Below, in pieces: positions 33,087 through 43,981 of a DNA stretch of 64,000 nt. Each line of letters begins with the position of its first letter. Positions within the stretch are counted from its first letter, which is position 1. Origin of the DNA: a virus. Taxonomy: Duplodnaviria > Caudoviricetes. The notes beneath the pieces are model-generated. The model did not search any database and had not been told where the DNA came from. It worked only from the letters and a program-made list of their open reading frames with translations. The stretch lies in the IMG/VR virus record IMGVR_UViG_3300021399_000099, positions 152,911 to 216,910 of that record; one strand, written 5' to 3'. Both the position numbers and the translations under genes were made by a program.

Positions 33087-34667
33087 ATGGCAGAATTAAC
33101 TTATTTCAGAAAATTCAAAACAAAGAATGAATATGACACTTACATTGGTGATACTCCTGTATTACCTAATGTAAGTATTGTTTCTGACAGTGATGTATAT
33201 TTCACAGACAGAGATACACCAGAACCGCCATCCCCATATTTGTCAATGCCTTTAACGATTGAAGTTACTGCCGGGACAGGAACATTAGCGTTTAATAGGG
33301 TAGAATTAAAATACAAATTAAATGACGGAGAATGGATATTGGACGATAACCCGGTCATTTCTGTGTCAAGTGGCGATATTATACAAGTTAAACAGGATTA
33401 CCAAGCCCCTAGCGGCCCTGGAAGTGGCAGTGGTTCAGGAAGCGGTAGCGGCTCTGGCAGTGGTTCAGGAAGCGGTGACGATGGGCCACAGTTGTTTACC
33501 GCCGACGGCTCTTTGTTGTATGTTGTTTATGGTAATATAATGAGCATATATCAAGAAGATGGCTTTGAAAGTTTAACCTCATTTGCCGGAGGAGAAGAAA
33601 ATGTGTTTTCCGAATTGTTTCAACTTTGCACCGGTTTAACTTCAGCTGAAAATCTTATATTACCTGCTACTACATTGACAAGTAATTGTTATCAATATAT
33701 GTTCCTTGGTTGTACAGCATTAACCGCAGCCCCTGAACTTCCTGCTACAACATTGGCAGGTTATTGTTATGGTCGTATGTTCTCTGGTTGTACCTCATTG
33801 ACCTCAGCACCGGCACTTCATGCAACAACATTGGCAGAGTATTGTTATACTGGTATGTTCCTTGGTTGTACATCCTTAACCACAGCACCTGAACTTCCTG
33901 CTACAACATTGGCAAGTAATTGTTATAGTAGTATGTTTTATGGTTGTAGGTCATTAACAACAGCGCCAGCACTTCCCGCTACCACATTGGCAAGTGGTTG
34001 TTATGATGGTATGTTCTGTTATTGTACATCATTAACAACAGCCCCTGAGTTACCTGCAACAAAATTGGCAAATAGTTGTTATTTTAATATATTCAATGGT
34101 TGTACATCTTTAACCACACCGCCTGAATTACCAGCAACAACATTGGCAGATAGTTGTTATTATGGTATGTTCGCCGAATGTGCATCCTTAACAACAGCGC
34201 CTTCATTACCTGCTACTACATTGACAGAGAGATGTTATGAACGTATGTTCCAAGGTTGTACATTATTGACAACAGCACCTAAATTACCAGCAACGACATT
34301 GGCAAGTTATTGTTATCAAGGTATGTTCCAAGGATGTACGTCATTAACCACAGCTCCTGAACTACCTGCTACTACATTAGCACAGTATTGTTATAGGAGT
34401 ATGTTCCAAGGTTGTACAAGTTTAACAACAGCACCTGAATTACCTGCAACCACATTGACAAAATATTGTTACAATGGTATGTTCTCTGGTTGTACGTCAT
34501 TAAATTACATTAAATGCCTTGCAACGGATAAATCAGCAATTTATTGTACGACTTCTTGGGTAAATGGTGTTGCTTCAACTGGTACATTTGTTAAAAATCC
34601 AAATATGTCATCTTGGACAACCGGCATTAGTGGTATCCCTTCAGGGTGGACCGTACAAAACGCTTAA
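33087..34667 (+). CDS. BspA-type LRR protein with (GS)n linker
   Basis: About 12 copies of a 24 aa LRR. Confidence 0.9.
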   Translation: MAELTYFRKFKTKNEYDTYIGDTPVLPNVSIVSDSDVYFTDRDTPEPPSPYLSMPLTIEVTAGTGTLAFNRVELKYKLNDGEWILDDNPVISVSSGDIIQVKQDYQAPSGPGSGSGSGSGSGSGSGSGSGDDGPQLFTADGSLLYVVYGNIMSIYQEDGFESLTSFAGGEENVFSELFQLCTGLTSAENLILPATTLTSNCYQYMFLGCTALTAAPELPATTLAGYCYGRMFSGCTSLTSAPALHATTLAEYCYTGMFLGCTSLTTAPELPATTLASNCYSSMFYGCRSLTTAPALPATTLASGCYDGMFCYCTSLTTAPELPATKLANSCYFNIFNGCTSLTTPPELPATTLADSCYYGMFAECASLTTAPSLPATTLTERCYERMFQGCTLLTTAPKLPATTLASYCYQGMFQGCTSLTTAPELPATTLAQYCYRSMFQGCTSLTTAPELPATTLTKYCYNGMFSGCTSLNYIKCLATDKSAIYCTTSWVNGVASTGTFVKNPNMSSWTTGISGIPSGWTVQNA

Positions 34668-34735
34668 TAAAACAAAAAAAATAAAGTTAAAGCACAAAAA
34701 GCCGTAATTCTGCGGCTTTTTTAATTAAAAGCAAC

Positions 34736-36295
34736 ATGAAGAGTTGTATACTAACAATAGTTAAAAACGAACAGGAATATCTTGATGAGTGGATAAGATA
34801 CCATTTAAAACTAGGTATCGACCACATCTTTGTTTTTGAAGATATTGACAGTAAATCTCATAAAGATATCACGGATAAATATAAAGATAGCGTATCGTTA
34901 TATAGCACGTTTTCAAACTTAAATGAAAGTGATAGGAATAAAGCGCTTGAATTAAAGAAAACAAGGAAGTGGAACGTACAGCATATATATTTAAGAAATT
35001 CTTTGCTATGGCTCAAAAATACATTTGCTGACATATACGATTGGTGCTTTGTAATAGATAATGATGAGTTTATAACGTTTGAGGACAAAACTAACACGTT
35101 GGAAGATATTTTCCGACTATATGAAGATTATGATGCTTTTACAATGCAATGGGAGTGTTACGGAGCTAACGGGCTTGTAAAAAAACCGGATTACAAAAAC
35201 AATAGCTTAATTGAAATATACAAAGAAAAAGCCAGTGGTTACGTGCCAGATACTGCTGATTCCCTACTCAAAACATGCTACAACATAAAAAAATATAAAA
35301 ATGAATTCTTCTTCAATCAGCATCATCCAAACAATAAGTGTAATTGGTGTAATACGAATTTCAAAAAGGATTATAGAAATCCAGGCCACAATAACGTTTA
35401 TTTAAGGCATTATATAACCAGGTCTTGGGAGGAATATGTTTGGAAAAGGAAAGAAAGGGGGTTTATGTGGGGCAGAATGAGGGATTTTGACCTTTTCTTT
35501 ACTGTTAACCCGGATATGAACAATTTAAAGGCTGAACTTGTTGGAAATGTTAAAAAGGAAGTCTTGGTTGTGCTTCCATATAAGCAAGGTGGGTCGCAGG
35601 GAAATGAAATTAGGCTGGCGCTGCGCGGGTGGAAAAAATTTTGTCAATTTAAATATCGTTTCGTGGTGATTGGGGAATTTGATGAATCACTTGATACCGA
35701 ATTTCCGTGGGCCGAATTTATATTCATACCACAAGGTAATAAAATAGAGGGGCAGTATACGCAACACATCAACGTTCAAAATTGTATGGAAATTATAAAT
35801 AAAAGATACGATAAAGAATATGATGGTTTTATATGGATGGTGGATGATAACTATGCGATTAAACCGTTTGAATTGGAAGATATAATGCAAATTCATTATC
35901 ATTCAAATAGTTTTACCGGTGACGAGAACAAACCAACATCTTTCTGGCAACACGATAAATGGAAAACCAGACAACTATTAGACCAAAACAATTTACCGTG
36001 TAAGAATTATACAACGCACTATCCATGTTATTTTGAATTTAAAAAGTTAAAGGAAATATGGGACAAGTTCGGTATGAGAGAAGAAAGCTATGTCCTTGAA
36101 GACATTTATTTTAATTATTTCCCGCACGAGGAGCCGATACTTGATTCAACAATACGTTTAGGAATCTGGGATAAAAGAATATTTGAACGAGAATTTCAAA
36201 AAGCTATTGAAAATCCGGATATCAAGTTCGTTTGCAATAGCGTCGAAGGATGGAGCAAGGAACTGGAGGACGAATTATGGAAAATTGTTAAATAA
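34736..36295 (+). CDS. Two-domain glycosyltransferase (GT2/GT92-like plus Stealth-like C-terminal domain)
   Basis: 'KNEQEYLDEWIRYH..LG.DH', 'IDNDEF', 'HYITRSWEE'; second domain 'EIRLALR..WMVDD..THYP'. Confidence 0.75.
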   Translation: MKSCILTIVKNEQEYLDEWIRYHLKLGIDHIFVFEDIDSKSHKDITDKYKDSVSLYSTFSNLNESDRNKALELKKTRKWNVQHIYLRNSLLWLKNTFADIYDWCFVIDNDEFITFEDKTNTLEDIFRLYEDYDAFTMQWECYGANGLVKKPDYKNNSLIEIYKEKASGYVPDTADSLLKTCYNIKKYKNEFFFNQHHPNNKCNWCNTNFKKDYRNPGHNNVYLRHYITRSWEEYVWKRKERGFMWGRMRDFDLFFTVNPDMNNLKAELVGNVKKEVLVVLPYKQGGSQGNEIRLALRGWKKFCQFKYRFVVIGEFDESLDTEFPWAEFIFIPQGNKIEGQYTQHINVQNCMEIINKRYDKEYDGFIWMVDDNYAIKPFELEDIMQIHYHSNSFTGDENKPTSFWQHDKWKTRQLLDQNNLPCKNYTTHYPCYFEFKKLKEIWDKFGMREESYVLEDIYFNYFPHEEPILDSTIRLGIWDKRIFEREFQKAIENPDIKFVCNSVEGWSKELEDELWKIVK

Positions 36296-37034
36296 ATACC
36301 TTTCTAAGACCCTCACGGATATTCGTGGGGGTTTTGTTTATGTTCTCGTGAGTTTCATCTACAACCTGCCTTTCTTTGTCGGCTTGTCTAACTTCTTGTG
36401 TCTTAATGACTTTCAGGGGCTTATATTTTTTAACTTCATCAACAAATTCCGCAACGCTATTTTCTTCCGGATTGACCACATTATAGAGCCCGTCCGGTAG
36501 CGTAATCGCCCTTTCAACGCACTCGCACACGTCGCCAACATATGTAAAGTGCCTGTAATTCAATCCGTTATTATATAGCGTTATCTCATCATTTTTCAAA
36601 CAAATCCCCAGCAAAGTATCTTTCCGGCTGTTCTTCCCATATACATTATGAAACCTCAGCCCGACCCCATAATCTTTCGCATACATGTCATCAAACATCT
36701 TGGAAAATCCGTAAGGTGACGTGACATTGACCGAACAACTGCTGCTTGCATAAAGGAATTTCTTCCCAAGTTTCCGGCATAAGTCAAATATATGCATGAA
36801 AGCCAATATGTTATCTTCAATTATGGACTTGTAATCCTCGTTCCACACGCTTGTTTGAGCCGCCAGATGGATTACGCAATCAACGGCGGCGATATCACCT
36901 TCCGTCAATGCTGATACCTCTTTTCCTTCAACCCTATCGACGCCAATAATGTCATATCCCTTGCCGGTAAGATAGCTGACAAGGTGCGACCCGATAAAGC
37001 CCTTGTGCCCTGTAATTAAAACTCTTTTCATCAC
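36288..37034 (-). CDS. NAD-dependent epimerase/dehydratase (extended SDR)
   Basis: 'VLITGHKGFIGSHL', 'HLAA', 'ASS', 'YGFSK', 'RFHNVYG'. Confidence 0.9.
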   Translation of the reverse strand: MMKRVLITGHKGFIGSHLVSYLTGKGYDIIGVDRVEGKEVSALTEGDIAAVDCVIHLAAQTSVWNEDYKSIIEDNILAFMHIFDLCRKLGKKFLYASSSCSVNVTSPYGFSKMFDDMYAKDYGVGLRFHNVYGKNSRKDTLLGICLKNDEITLYNNGLNYRHFTYVGDVCECVERAITLPDGLYNVVNPEENSVAEFVDEVKKYKPLKVIKTQEVRQADKERQVVDETHENINKTPTNIREGLRKVFI

Positions 37035-37070
37035 ATTTATAAATATTTATTGGTATAAGATAAACAGCAT

Positions 37071-37865
37071 ATGAAAGTGGCGATAATAGCGATTGCAAAG
37101 AACGAAAATCTATACATAAACGAGTGGCTTGAGTATCATTTCAACCTGGGCTTCGACAATATCATAATCTGCGAGAACGATGACGAACTGATATTGAAAG
37201 ACATTATACACGACGACAGGGTAATCATTGAAGATTTCACAAAGATATATGGAGTGCAACAAATGGCTTACCAGGAAACATTCAGGAAATATAAGGACAA
37301 GTTCGACTGGTTCCTTTTCATTGATATAGATGAGTTCCTGGTGCTTGAAAACCATGACAACGTAAAGGATTTCATTAAAAGTTACGGGGAGGAACCGAAC
37401 TGTATAAAACTGACCTGGAGGCATTTTAATGACAACGGGGAACTTGACGTGATTGATGGAAACTACAACGTTTTTAACCGCTTTAAGACTGTGGTTGATA
37501 CAAAGATGGACAGAATGACAAAACAATTCATAAAAGGTAATATCTCGGAGGACGACATAAAATTTCTTCACCAGCATGAAATATTGGGGAAGGACATCCG
37601 AGCGATAGACGTGCTTGGGAATAAGGTATATTATGGGCGTGAATTAAGGGGTGGTCCAATAAACAAAGTCGCCTGGATAAACCATTACCGGACAAAGACA
37701 ATCGGGGAATATGTAAGACAGAAGTATTTTAGAGGGGGACCAAATAGAAACAACGTAAGGTACCACAGATTAAGTTATTTCTTTGAGACAAATGAAAAGA
37801 CACCAGAAAAAGTTGAATACGCTGAAAAACTTATAAAAGAAATCGAAGAAAGTATGAAACAATAG
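37071..37865 (+). CDS. Glycosyltransferase, family 2/92-like
   Basis: 'AIAKNENLYINEWLEYH..LGFD', 'FIDIDEF', 'INHYRTKT'. Confidence 0.85.
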   Translation: MKVAIIAIAKNENLYINEWLEYHFNLGFDNIIICENDDELILKDIIHDDRVIIEDFTKIYGVQQMAYQETFRKYKDKFDWFLFIDIDEFLVLENHDNVKDFIKSYGEEPNCIKLTWRHFNDNGELDVIDGNYNVFNRFKTVVDTKMDRMTKQFIKGNISEDDIKFLHQHEILGKDIRAIDVLGNKVYYGRELRGGPINKVAWINHYRTKTIGEYVRQKYFRGGPNRNNVRYHRLSYFFETNEKTPEKVEYAEKLIKEIEESMKQ

Positions 37866-37919
37866 GATAAGTTTTACTATTTATGTTAGATAATAAAATA
37901 ATAAAAACAGATAAACAAC

Positions 37920-39032
37920 ATGGCAAATCTAACTTATTTTAAGAAATTCGAAACAAAGAACGAATATGACACTTACATTGGTGGAACTCCCGTATTACCT
38001 AACGTAAGCATTGTAGCAAATGAAGACGTATATTTTAAAGATGGTGAGGGACCGGAACCATCGCATGATTATTCACAAGATTATTTGACTTTCGAGGTTA
38101 TAAGCGGAGGAACAATTCAAACGCAACTGGATGGCATTTTACTTTCAAAAGACAATGGAGAAAATTGGGATACCAAGATTACGGGTTTAACAAGTGGTGA
38201 CAAGGTAATTGCAAAGGGAGACGTTCATTCTTTTGGTGAAAATAGTGAGGCTTCGTTTAATTTTGGGGACACAATAGTTAACGTTTGTGGAAATATTATG
38301 TCAATATATGACTCACAAAATTTTAGAACAATAACGACATTCAGTTATGGTGGTAATTTTAAACTTTTATTTACAAATGGAACCCAAATAATATCAGCAA
38401 AAAATCTTGTGTTACCCGCTACTACATTGGCACAGAATTGTTATAGTGGTATGTTCAGCCGTTGCACATCCTTAGCACAAGCACCTGAATTACCTGCAAT
38501 GACATTAGCACAGTATTGTTATCAAAGTATGTTCGCTGAATGTACCTCATTAACAACCGCGCCTGAATTACCTGCTACTACATTGGAAGGTTATTGTTAT
38601 CAAAATATGTTCGTAGGTTGTACAGGATTGACAACAGCACCTGAATTGCCTGCTACTACATTGGCAAAAGATTGTTATGAAAATATGTTCGCTGGCTGTA
38701 CGTCATTAACAACAGCACCAGGACTACCTGCTAGTACATTGGCAGAAGATTGTTATCAATATATGTTCGAAAATTGTACATCCTTAACATCAGCACCTGA
38801 ATTACCTGCAACTACTTTGGCAAGGTATTGTTATTATGGCATGTTCGGTGGTTGTAGCAATCTTAATTATATTAAATGTCTTGCAACAGATATATCAGCA
38901 ATGGGTTGTACATTAGGTTGGGTAAGGGATGTTGCTTCTTCTGGTACCTTCGTTAAGCCAAGCACAACCGACTGGAGTTCAAAAACCGGCACCAATGGTA
39001 TTCCAAGTAACTGGTCAGTACAAGACGCTTAA
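37920..39032 (+). CDS. BspA-type LRR protein
   Basis: About 6 LRR units; N-terminus and 5' UTR nearly identical to the 32233 gene. Confidence 0.9.
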   Translation: MANLTYFKKFETKNEYDTYIGGTPVLPNVSIVANEDVYFKDGEGPEPSHDYSQDYLTFEVISGGTIQTQLDGILLSKDNGENWDTKITGLTSGDKVIAKGDVHSFGENSEASFNFGDTIVNVCGNIMSIYDSQNFRTITTFSYGGNFKLLFTNGTQIISAKNLVLPATTLAQNCYSGMFSRCTSLAQAPELPAMTLAQYCYQSMFAECTSLTTAPELPATTLEGYCYQNMFVGCTGLTTAPELPATTLAKDCYENMFAGCTSLTTAPGLPASTLAEDCYQYMFENCTSLTSAPELPATTLARYCYYGMFGGCSNLNYIKCLATDISAMGCTLGWVRDVASSGTFVKPSTTDWSSKTGTNGIPSNWSVQDA

Positions 39033-39171
39033 TTTAAAAAACGGGGAGATTTTTCTTCCCGTTTTACTATTTATATTTGATATTACGATAGAAATGGTGT
39101 TCTATAACACTTGTGAATAATGGCTCTATAGCTGTAAAATAAAAACAAATTAACAAAAGAAAAAACAAACT

Positions 39172-41478
39172 ATGGGAAAAATTGAAGATAGGATAAATAG
39201 ACAAATCCTTATTAACCCACATACCTCAGGTACTACAGCACCTGCGGGCAAACTTAATCTTGGTGAAATCGCCGTACAACACGACAGTACATCAGGTGCA
39301 TCATTATGGATTGAAACTGATGCTAATAGTAATAGCGAAAGTACTCTTGTAAGATTTATGAACGCAAGTGCCGTTACAGCACTCGTTGAAAGCGCACGCA
39401 CTGATTTACAGACCGAAATTAACTCTATAAATGACGCTGTTGGCCTCCCTCATTCAGCCGGAACATTCGCTGATGGCGTTGTATGGGACGCAATCGAGCA
39501 GATTTATGATGAGCTTGTTGCCTCTGCTGCAGCTGCTACAACATATGTAGTACCAGGAGAAAACGAAGATACTGAAAGATATTTAAAGATTACAGATGCT
39601 CTTGACGAGAGTACATCAGCACGCACCTATACAATTTCACTCAGTGGTATCAGTGATGATATTGAAGCTGTTGATGCTAAGGTTGATGAACTTTCTGGCG
39701 CCGTTGAGGACCTTTCCACAGTCGTTGAGAACCTTGATTTCTCCGGCGTTTCAGTTGCAAATAAGCCAGTTGTCAATGTTGAGCAGGAAAATGGTCTTGT
39801 AAGTGCTGAACAGGGTAATATTAACGCAGAGTTTGTTGATGTTGCAGATGCTGATGACCACTTTACTGCTACAACAGTTGAAAATGTTCTTGCTGAGATT
39901 GCAGAAAAGATTGAAGCAAATGAGATTTCAAATGCCGATGGTTCAATCAACGTAACTCCTACAACCGCAGGAACGGACATCAATGTCAATATTAAATCTG
40001 GTGACAAAATCCTTGCAAAAGATGGCAATAGCGGTATTTATACAACCCTTAGCCTTGTAAAGACTGTGAGCGGTCTTCCTGCTTATGTTAAGGAACGTTA
40101 TACTCTTGAAGGAATCGGTGGTGAGCAAATTGGCGAACCTATTGATGTTCCTAAGGATAGCCATATCGTAAGCATCACCTATATCACCGACACAGCCTCC
40201 ACACATTACCAGAACCTTGAATATGTATATATTGACGCCGATGGCAACACACAAACCGAATACGTTGATATGTCTGAGCTCGTCATTGAGGCTGAGTTTG
40301 CAAGCGGTTTAACCGTTACTGACGGAGTGGCTCACGGTGTTGTCGATGTTTTGACCGAAAAGGACAGCAATAACAATCCATTCTTAACTGTTGGTGCTGA
40401 TGGTTTCAAGGTAGATGGCATCAAGAACGAAATTGTACATCAGATTTCACTCCTTGACGTTACCGATGATGCCGCTGTTGCTGGTCAATATGTAGCCGCT
40501 ATCGAGGAAACCGATGGTGTTGTTGCTGTCAAGACCCGTGCAGACGTTTCAAAGGCTCCTCTTAACGATTATGTAAAGGGTACCGATGCTTCCGCAGTAG
40601 CTGCTACCGATACAATCAACGAGGCTGTAAGCAAACTCGAAAACCAGATTGACGCTGCTAAGAAGGCTGCTACTACAAAGGTTGTTGAAGGTACTGAGAA
40701 CCCACACATGGAGATTACCTCCACTGTAAGCTCCGCAGATAGCTCAACAACTTACGCAATCACATTGACTGATGTTGCTTCTGAGTCTGCTCTTACCGCT
40801 GAAATCGCTGCTCGCAAGGCTGTTGATGGACAGAGCGGTGACACTTATGCTGCAAACACATCCGCTAACTATATCTCCAGTGCAACAAGTCTTAATGATG
40901 CTGACGTAAAACTCGACGCAGCTGTTAAAGCACTTGATGATAAACTTAACGACCTTGACTATACTGACAGTGCTAAGACCGGTCAGTATGTAACAAAGGT
41001 TGATGAGACCGATGGCGTAATCAGCGTTGCAAGGGCTAACGTTTCTGAGGCTCCTCTTAACGAGTATGTAAAGGGTGAAGATGCGACCAGCGTTACTTCT
41101 GCTGATACAATCAACGAGGCTGTAAGTAAGCTCGAAAACAAGATTGACGTTCTTGCAAAGGCAACTGAGCTTGAACTTGCAGCAGAGGCAGATGCTCGTC
41201 AGAGAGTTGATGGACAGAGCGGTAGTGCTTATACTGCGAACTCAGGTGCTAAATACATCTCTGGTGCAACAAGCCTTAACGATGCTGATATTCTCCTTAA
41301 CAACGCTATCACGGCTATCACCGAAAGTGCTGTTAAAGAAGCTGGATTTGCTGCAGTTGATACCAAGGACACCACTGAATACGGTAGCAATGCCGGTATC
41401 AATGTTGTTGATGGTACTACGGGTAAGAAGGTTGTTCTCGACCTCTCTCGCCTCAAGATTGACTGCGGTGAGTACTAA
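39172..41478 (+). CDS. Tail-fibre-like structural protein with internal repeat
   Basis: 'LNLGEIAV' N-terminus, duplicated 'GQYV...ETDGV...DTINEAVSKLENQID' block, 'IDCGEY' C-terminus. Confidence 0.6.
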   Translation: MGKIEDRINRQILINPHTSGTTAPAGKLNLGEIAVQHDSTSGASLWIETDANSNSESTLVRFMNASAVTALVESARTDLQTEINSINDAVGLPHSAGTFADGVVWDAIEQIYDELVASAAAATTYVVPGENEDTERYLKITDALDESTSARTYTISLSGISDDIEAVDAKVDELSGAVEDLSTVVENLDFSGVSVANKPVVNVEQENGLVSAEQGNINAEFVDVADADDHFTATTVENVLAEIAEKIEANEISNADGSINVTPTTAGTDINVNIKSGDKILAKDGNSGIYTTLSLVKTVSGLPAYVKERYTLEGIGGEQIGEPIDVPKDSHIVSITYITDTASTHYQNLEYVYIDADGNTQTEYVDMSELVIEAEFASGLTVTDGVAHGVVDVLTEKDSNNNPFLTVGADGFKVDGIKNEIVHQISLLDVTDDAAVAGQYVAAIEETDGVVAVKTRADVSKAPLNDYVKGTDASAVAATDTINEAVSKLENQIDAAKKAATTKVVEGTENPHMEITSTVSSADSSTTYAITLTDVASESALTAEIAARKAVDGQSGDTYAANTSANYISSATSLNDADVKLDAAVKALDDKLNDLDYTDSAKTGQYVTKVDETDGVISVARANVSEAPLNEYVKGEDATSVTSADTINEAVSKLENKIDVLAKATELELAAEADARQRVDGQSGSAYTANSGAKYISGATSLNDADILLNNAITAITESAVKEAGFAAVDTKDTTEYGSNAGINVVDGTTGKKVVLDLSRLKIDCGEY

Positions 41479-41496
41479 TAGATGGTATGTATGAAT

Positions 41497-41527
41497 AAAA
41501 GGAGGCCTAAATGACCTCCTTTTTTTT
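41497..41527. terminator. Bidirectional terminator between convergent genes
   Basis: AAAAGGAGG-N-CCTCCTTTTTTTTT. Confidence 0.7.
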
Positions 41528-41770
41528 GTCCCCACCAAATATCTTTTTAAGGTTCTCTTTCCATATTGAGAGCCTTTTTTTCTTGGTATATTTCTTGGCT
41601 ATCTTCTGTCTCTTTTTCTCGTCAGGATTTTCAATCTCCTTTTCCATTTCTTCTCCAAGACCTTCGAGCAACTTTCTCTCATATGCGTGTTTTTCAGCCA
41701 TATCCTTTGCTGCGGCGTGCTTTATGTCCTGTTTAAACCCCTTAATCTCCTGTTGTGTTAAATAATCCAT
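41507..41770 (-). CDS. Hypothetical protein
   Basis: 87 aa ORF in operon. Confidence 0.6.
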   Translation of the reverse strand: MDYLTQQEIKGFKQDIKHAAAKDMAEKHAYERKLLEGLGEEMEKEIENPDEKKRQKIAKKYTKKKRLSIWKENLKKIFGGDKKKEVI

Positions 41771-41772
41771 AA

Positions 41773-42207
41773 CTATCTCCTTGTAATGTCATCAACTTCA
41801 ATGGTATCAGGGTCGCGCTCTTCAACTATCTCGGCTGTTTTATCCGCATTTTCGGCAATGTTTTCAAAATATTCCTCCACGTGATGGATAAGCCATACAA
41901 TACCAGTAGTGAAACAGCAATCAAGCAATAAAGCCAGCCACCAGTAACCAGTTCCGGCAAGGATTATATTGAATGGGGTAATCGCAATGCCCGGAAGAAG
42001 GAACCAGTCAATCAAAGATATAACCCACCCGAAGTTGGCAGGAAAACACATCATACAGCTAAAAAGTTGTCCGAAATGCTCTCCAATCGCACTGCTTATG
42101 CTCCTTATATATTCAAAAATCCTAAACGGGCCACTTCCAAAGACCATCATATTGGATAGTCCGTACGCCACGATACAATAGCAAAATATTAAAAGTCCGT
42201 TACTCAT
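41773..42207 (-). CDS. DUF1360-like membrane protein
   Basis: 'IFEYIR...GQLFSCMMCF..FG' CxxC plus TM helices. Confidence 0.6.
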   Translation of the reverse strand: MSNGLLIFCYCIVAYGLSNMMVFGSGPFRIFEYIRSISSAIGEHFGQLFSCMMCFPANFGWVISLIDWFLLPGIAITPFNIILAGTGYWWLALLLDCCFTTGIVWLIHHVEEYFENIAENADKTAEIVEERDPDTIEVDDITRR

Positions 42208-42385
42208 TGCCTAAAAACTCATTTAACTTATCTATTCCATTGGTTTTTAGATACTTAACAGCGTCTTGAAAACCCTGAATGTATGCCCACCTCGCGTTAG
42301 TGTTTCCGTCAATCATCTCGCCGTCGAAATAACCCCCAGGCACTTCCGGGAACTTCTCATAAGCCAAATCAAATAACTTTTTCAT
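42200..42385 (-). CDS. Hypothetical protein
   Basis: 61 aa ORF overlapping the next start. Confidence 0.55.
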   Translation of the reverse strand: MKKLFDLAYEKFPEVPGGYFDGEMIDGNTNARWAYIQGFQDAVKYLKTNGIDKLNEFLGNE

Positions 42386-42390
42386 AATCT

Positions 42391-42855
42391 TTAATCCGTT
42401 TCGTTGTTTTGTATATCAAGTTCTTTTTCTGCAACCTCCTCAACCAACGTTTTCTTCTTGTTTGCTTCCTTTTTCTGTCTGGGGAAAGTGAATTCGAGGG
42501 TCTTCAGCTTCTTAATGCTGTTCTCCTCGTTACCGAATATCTCTTTCAGTTCATTAATCTTATCCTGGAATATCTGGGCCCTCTCTGCGGCATCCCTATT
42601 TACGGTTATACAATGGTCTATGGCATCGAAAACCGCATCAAAGCCAACGGACATCTCAGCACAGAAGAGATATTCCCCCTCCGTTTTTCCATCTATAACG
42701 GAAACCTCGTACTTCTCTTTCACAATGTCATCTATAATCCATCTGGGCGGAAAATGTACTATGACATAGATTACATCGGTGTCATCTACCTTCGTAACCT
42801 GCATTCCGTTAAAAAAAGCACCGGTGTTCTTTATTCTTTCCTGTATATCAGCCAT
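42391..42855 (-). CDS. Hypothetical protein
   Basis: 154 aa ORF. Confidence 0.65.
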   Translation of the reverse strand: MADIQERIKNTGAFFNGMQVTKVDDTDVIYVIVHFPPRWIIDDIVKEKYEVSVIDGKTEGEYLFCAEMSVGFDAVFDAIDHCITVNRDAAERAQIFQDKINELKEIFGNEENSIKKLKTLEFTFPRQKKEANKKKTLVEEVAEKELDIQNNETD

Positions 42856-42858
42856 TCC

Positions 42859-43071
42859 TTAAACTATAAATCCCGTTATAAGTATCGTTATAATATGGGC
42901 AAGTGAAATGCCTATCCACAATAAGGTGTGTTTCCCAACTTCATATTCCCCGGTGTTAAGCCCCCGAATAAAGCGCCAGCCCTCCTTTAAAAGGTATAGA
43001 ATGGCTAAAATAAATGTAAAGACAAAAAACTTCTCTATGAAAAACAATAATATGGTCATAGTCTCAAACAT
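42859..43071 (-). CDS. Small two-TM membrane protein
   Basis: 70 aa, hydrophobic. Confidence 0.55.
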   Translation of the reverse strand: MFETMTILLFFIEKFFVFTFILAILYLLKEGWRFIRGLNTGEYEVGKHTLLWIGISLAHIITILITGFIV

Positions 43072-43197
43072 ATTTTACATAGATAATATACAAAAAAGAT
43101 ACTAAAAAACAAAGTTTAAGGAAATATGGATATTAAAAAATAAACCCGGAATTAAATCCGGGTTTTTTGTTTTCAGTTATGTCTCTTTCGTTTATAA

Positions 43198-43968
43198 TCA
43201 TTTCTTCTTCTTTGTTCCATCGCTTACCGTTAGGAGGCTATTAACTTTGTAGGACGCCATCACCCAATCCTGGACAAGGTATTTCTCGTTAATGATGTCC
43301 GCCCCTTCTACATATGCAAAGCTCATAACTGCATTCGGTGTGTTCTCAATATCCATAAGGCGGAAACCTAAATACTTGATACCCAGTGCTTTCGCTCTAT
43401 AATATGCTGTATTGTCAATCTCTTTCAGGTCTTCGACACTTCCATACCACATTTCGTTTTCCCTCAAATATGTCGCCAATGGATAAAGCGAAAGTCTTAC
43501 GTTGTCGAACTGCTCGGCGATTGGTGTCATAGCCGGGTTCATTGACTCATATGTTAGCGAAGCAAAAAGGAAAGGCATTCCGTCAAGGTTGTTCGTGCTG
43601 TTGTGCAGTTCCCATATGGATACCCAGGAGGCGTCTGTCATTATCCTGAACTTGTCCAATTCGGCCTGGATAAGCGGAGTGTTGTTCATTCTCTCAACCA
43701 TCTTTTCAGCGTGCTTCTGCTCCCTGTACTGGTCAAGCCTGTTGGAGAATATGCCGGGCTGGAAAATCCATAAGCCGATAAAAACAACGACACAAACTGC
43801 TATGATGTCCATTACAAGCTTTTTAAAGCCGTTTTTCTTAATGAACTTATGAACCACTTCAACCCAACCGATAGTCGCATTGGTTGTCTTAATGACTGCA
43901 TCTATCTTTTCGTTTCCACTTTCAATGGTGTCCAAAAGGTTTTTCTGTTTTTCTGTTTCCCCTGACAT
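43198..43968 (-). CDS. Single-TM protein with GAF-like periplasmic domain (T4 holin T-like topology)
   Basis: One TM then 'ASWVSIWELHNS...F.FASLTYE'. Confidence 0.5.
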   Translation of the reverse strand: MSGETEKQKNLLDTIESGNEKIDAVIKTTNATIGWVEVVHKFIKKNGFKKLVMDIIAVCVVVFIGLWIFQPGIFSNRLDQYREQKHAEKMVERMNNTPLIQAELDKFRIMTDASWVSIWELHNSTNNLDGMPFLFASLTYESMNPAMTPIAEQFDNVRLSLYPLATYLRENEMWYGSVEDLKEIDNTAYYRAKALGIKYLGFRLMDIENTPNAVMSFAYVEGADIINEKYLVQDWVMASYKVNSLLTVSDGTKKKK

Positions 43969-43981
43969 TGTTTTAGATACC

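Noticed and set aside
33419-33477. (GGNAGY)n repeat
   Set aside because: Simple Gly-Ser linker in the LRR protein with varied codons; not a phase-variable tract.
33640-34500. 72 bp periodic repeats that could be mistaken for a CRISPR array (also 38410-38860 and 49020-50090)
   Set aside because: They are in-frame 24 aa LRR coding repeats without unique spacers, and no cas genes are present.
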